Shown here: in pieces, positions 63,200 to 64,000 of the stretch | How positions within the stretch are numbered: position 1 is the first letter of the stretch | Layout of the letters: each line of letters opens with the position of its first letter | Assembly (NCBI GenBank): GCA_965208065.1 | Contig: OZ242313.1 | Span: 1,349,171 to 1,413,170 of the forward strand | Source: Spirochaetia bacterium | GTDB taxonomy: Bacteria > Spirochaetota > Spirochaetia > SZUA-6 > Bin103 | Direction of reading: 5' to 3' | Length of the DNA stretch: 64,000 nt | Notes under the pieces: model-generated | Databases searched by the model: none | Told to the model about the DNA's origin: nothing | Seen by the model: only the letters and a program-made list of their open reading frames with translations | Made by a program: the position numbers and the translations under genes

Positions 63200-64000
63200 A
63201 TGAGCGACATCTCGCGCGAGCGGATTACCCGGATCGAGCGCATCGAGGTACACAGCCCGCGGCCGCGCGACGTTGGCTGCAACGCGCGCAGCGGCGCGCA
63301 CGGCACCGTGGTGCAGGATTCGGTGGTGCGCGTGCACACCGCGAGCGGAGCGGTCGGGGTAGGCTGGTCGCGGCTGGAGCGGGCCGGCGCCGAGGCGCTG
63401 GCGGGCCGCCGCCTGGGTGAGCTGTTCAGCCTGCCGGATGGCTCGCTGGATGACGGCGCTGCCATCGACCTGCCGCTTTGGGACCTCGCGGCCCGGCTGC
63501 AGGGCGTGCCGCTGTACCGGCTGCTAGGGGCGCGCGGCAGCCGCTCCGTCGAGCTGTATGACGGGTCCGTCTACATCGACGATCTGGCGGCCGACGACGA
63601 GGGGGCGCGGGAGATCTTCCGGGAGGAAGTTGCCACCGGCCACCGCTACGGCTACCGCAACTTCAAGATCAAGATCGGCCGCGGGGCGCGCTGGATGCCC
63701 ACCGCCGCCGGCCTGGATCGCGACGTGCTGGTGATTCACACCGTACGGGAGGCGGCCGGTCCCGATGCCAAGATCCTGGTGGATGCCAACAACGGCGGCA
63801 CCCTGAACAGCACCAAGGACACCCTGGACGCGTGCGCCGATGCCGGCCTGTACTGGTTCGAGGAGCCGTTCGGGGAGGACCCGGCGCTCAACGCCGACCT
63901 GAAGCAGTTCATCCGCAAGCGCGGCTACGCGACCCTGGTGGCCGACGGCGAATCGGGCCCGCCGCCGCCTACCTTCTTCGCCATGGTGGAGGCGGGCGAC
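63200..64000 (+). CDS. Enolase-superfamily enzyme (mandelate racemase/muconate lactonizing family), 3' end outside the window
   Basis: My own translation from ATG 63200 after GGGGAGGG is MSDISRERITRIERIEV...PLWDLAARLQGVPLYRLLG...FKIKIGRG...ILVDANNG...YWFEEPF...VADGES. It contains the metal-ligand and KxK-like motifs of the superfamily. Absent from the ORF track because there is no stop in the window. Confidence 0.75.
   Translation, partial: MSDISRERITRIERIEVHSPRPRDVGCNARSGAHGTVVQDSVVRVHTASGAVGVGWSRLERAGAEALAGRRLGELFSLPDGSLDDGAAIDLPLWDLAARLQGVPLYRLLGARGSRSVELYDGSVYIDDLAADDEGAREIFREEVATGHRYGYRNFKIKIGRGARWMPTAAGLDRDVLVIHTVREAAGPDAKILVDANNGGTLNSTKDTLDACADAGLYWFEEPFGEDPALNADLKQFIRKRGYATLVADGESGPPPPTFFAMVEAGD

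Noticed and set aside
1-64000. tRNA, rRNA, riboswitch or integrase or transposase genes
   Set aside because: Visual scanning of all intergenic regions longer than 80 nt found no T-loop or anticodon-arm-like tRNA structure, no rRNA-like segment and no recombinase motif. I cannot exclude small ncRNAs without covariance-model searches (Infernal/Rfam, tRNAscan-SE).

Overview
High-GC (roughly 65-70% by eye), densely coding bacterial chromosomal segment. I found no rRNA, tRNA, CRISPR array, transposase or integrase. The supplied ORF track contains many long antisense or out-of-frame 'shadow' ORFs, which is typical of high GC; I called genes only where the translation shows recognisable family motifs. 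Core content is heterotrophic uptake and catabolism. It includes one Liv-type branched-chain amino-acid ABC system, one LplABC-type sugar ABC system next to a large glycoside-hydrolase-like protein, and three Opp/Dpp-type (family 5 binding protein) ABC loci, only one of which carries ATPases. It also includes four PhyH-family Fe(II)/2-oxoglutarate dioxygenase paralogs, a sulfatase, two HpcH/HpaI aldolases, two SDRs, two MDR dehydrogenases, glutamate dehydrogenase, an amidase, a fatty-acid desaturase, a type II haloacid dehalogenase, a Gfo/Idh/MocA oxidoreductase and an enolase-superfamily enzyme. This repertoire resembles marine or sponge-associated Chloroflexota (SAR202-like), but that taxonomic guess is low confidence. 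Six apparently intact toxin-antitoxin or abortive-infection-like pairs are interleaved with these genes: MNT/HepT, Phd/RelE-ParE, DUF433/DUF5615-PIN, RHH/MazF, VapBC and a small ORF plus AbiEii-like nucleotidyltransferase. There is also one vapC relic. The parts most worth a second look are three. First, a lower-GC islet at 23.5-26.3 kb holds a permuted (alpha-order) SPPY amino-methyltransferase translationally coupled to an unassigned PD-(D/E)xK-like protein (a candidate restriction-modification or defense pair), followed by a Fic protein whose catalytic core is deleted in frame. Second, a rearranged accessory patch at 42.9-47.1 kb holds a diverged 66-bp relic of the gdh 5' end, a vapC relic, and an AbiEii-like cassette bracketed by perfect 31-bp direct repeats that also encode the 3' end of a B12-binding radical SAM gene. 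Third, a membrane-anchored coiled-coil protein is built on 4 x 33-bp tandem repeats. I see no clear multi-gene system that is demonstrably novel; the candidates above are hypotheses that need database searches.
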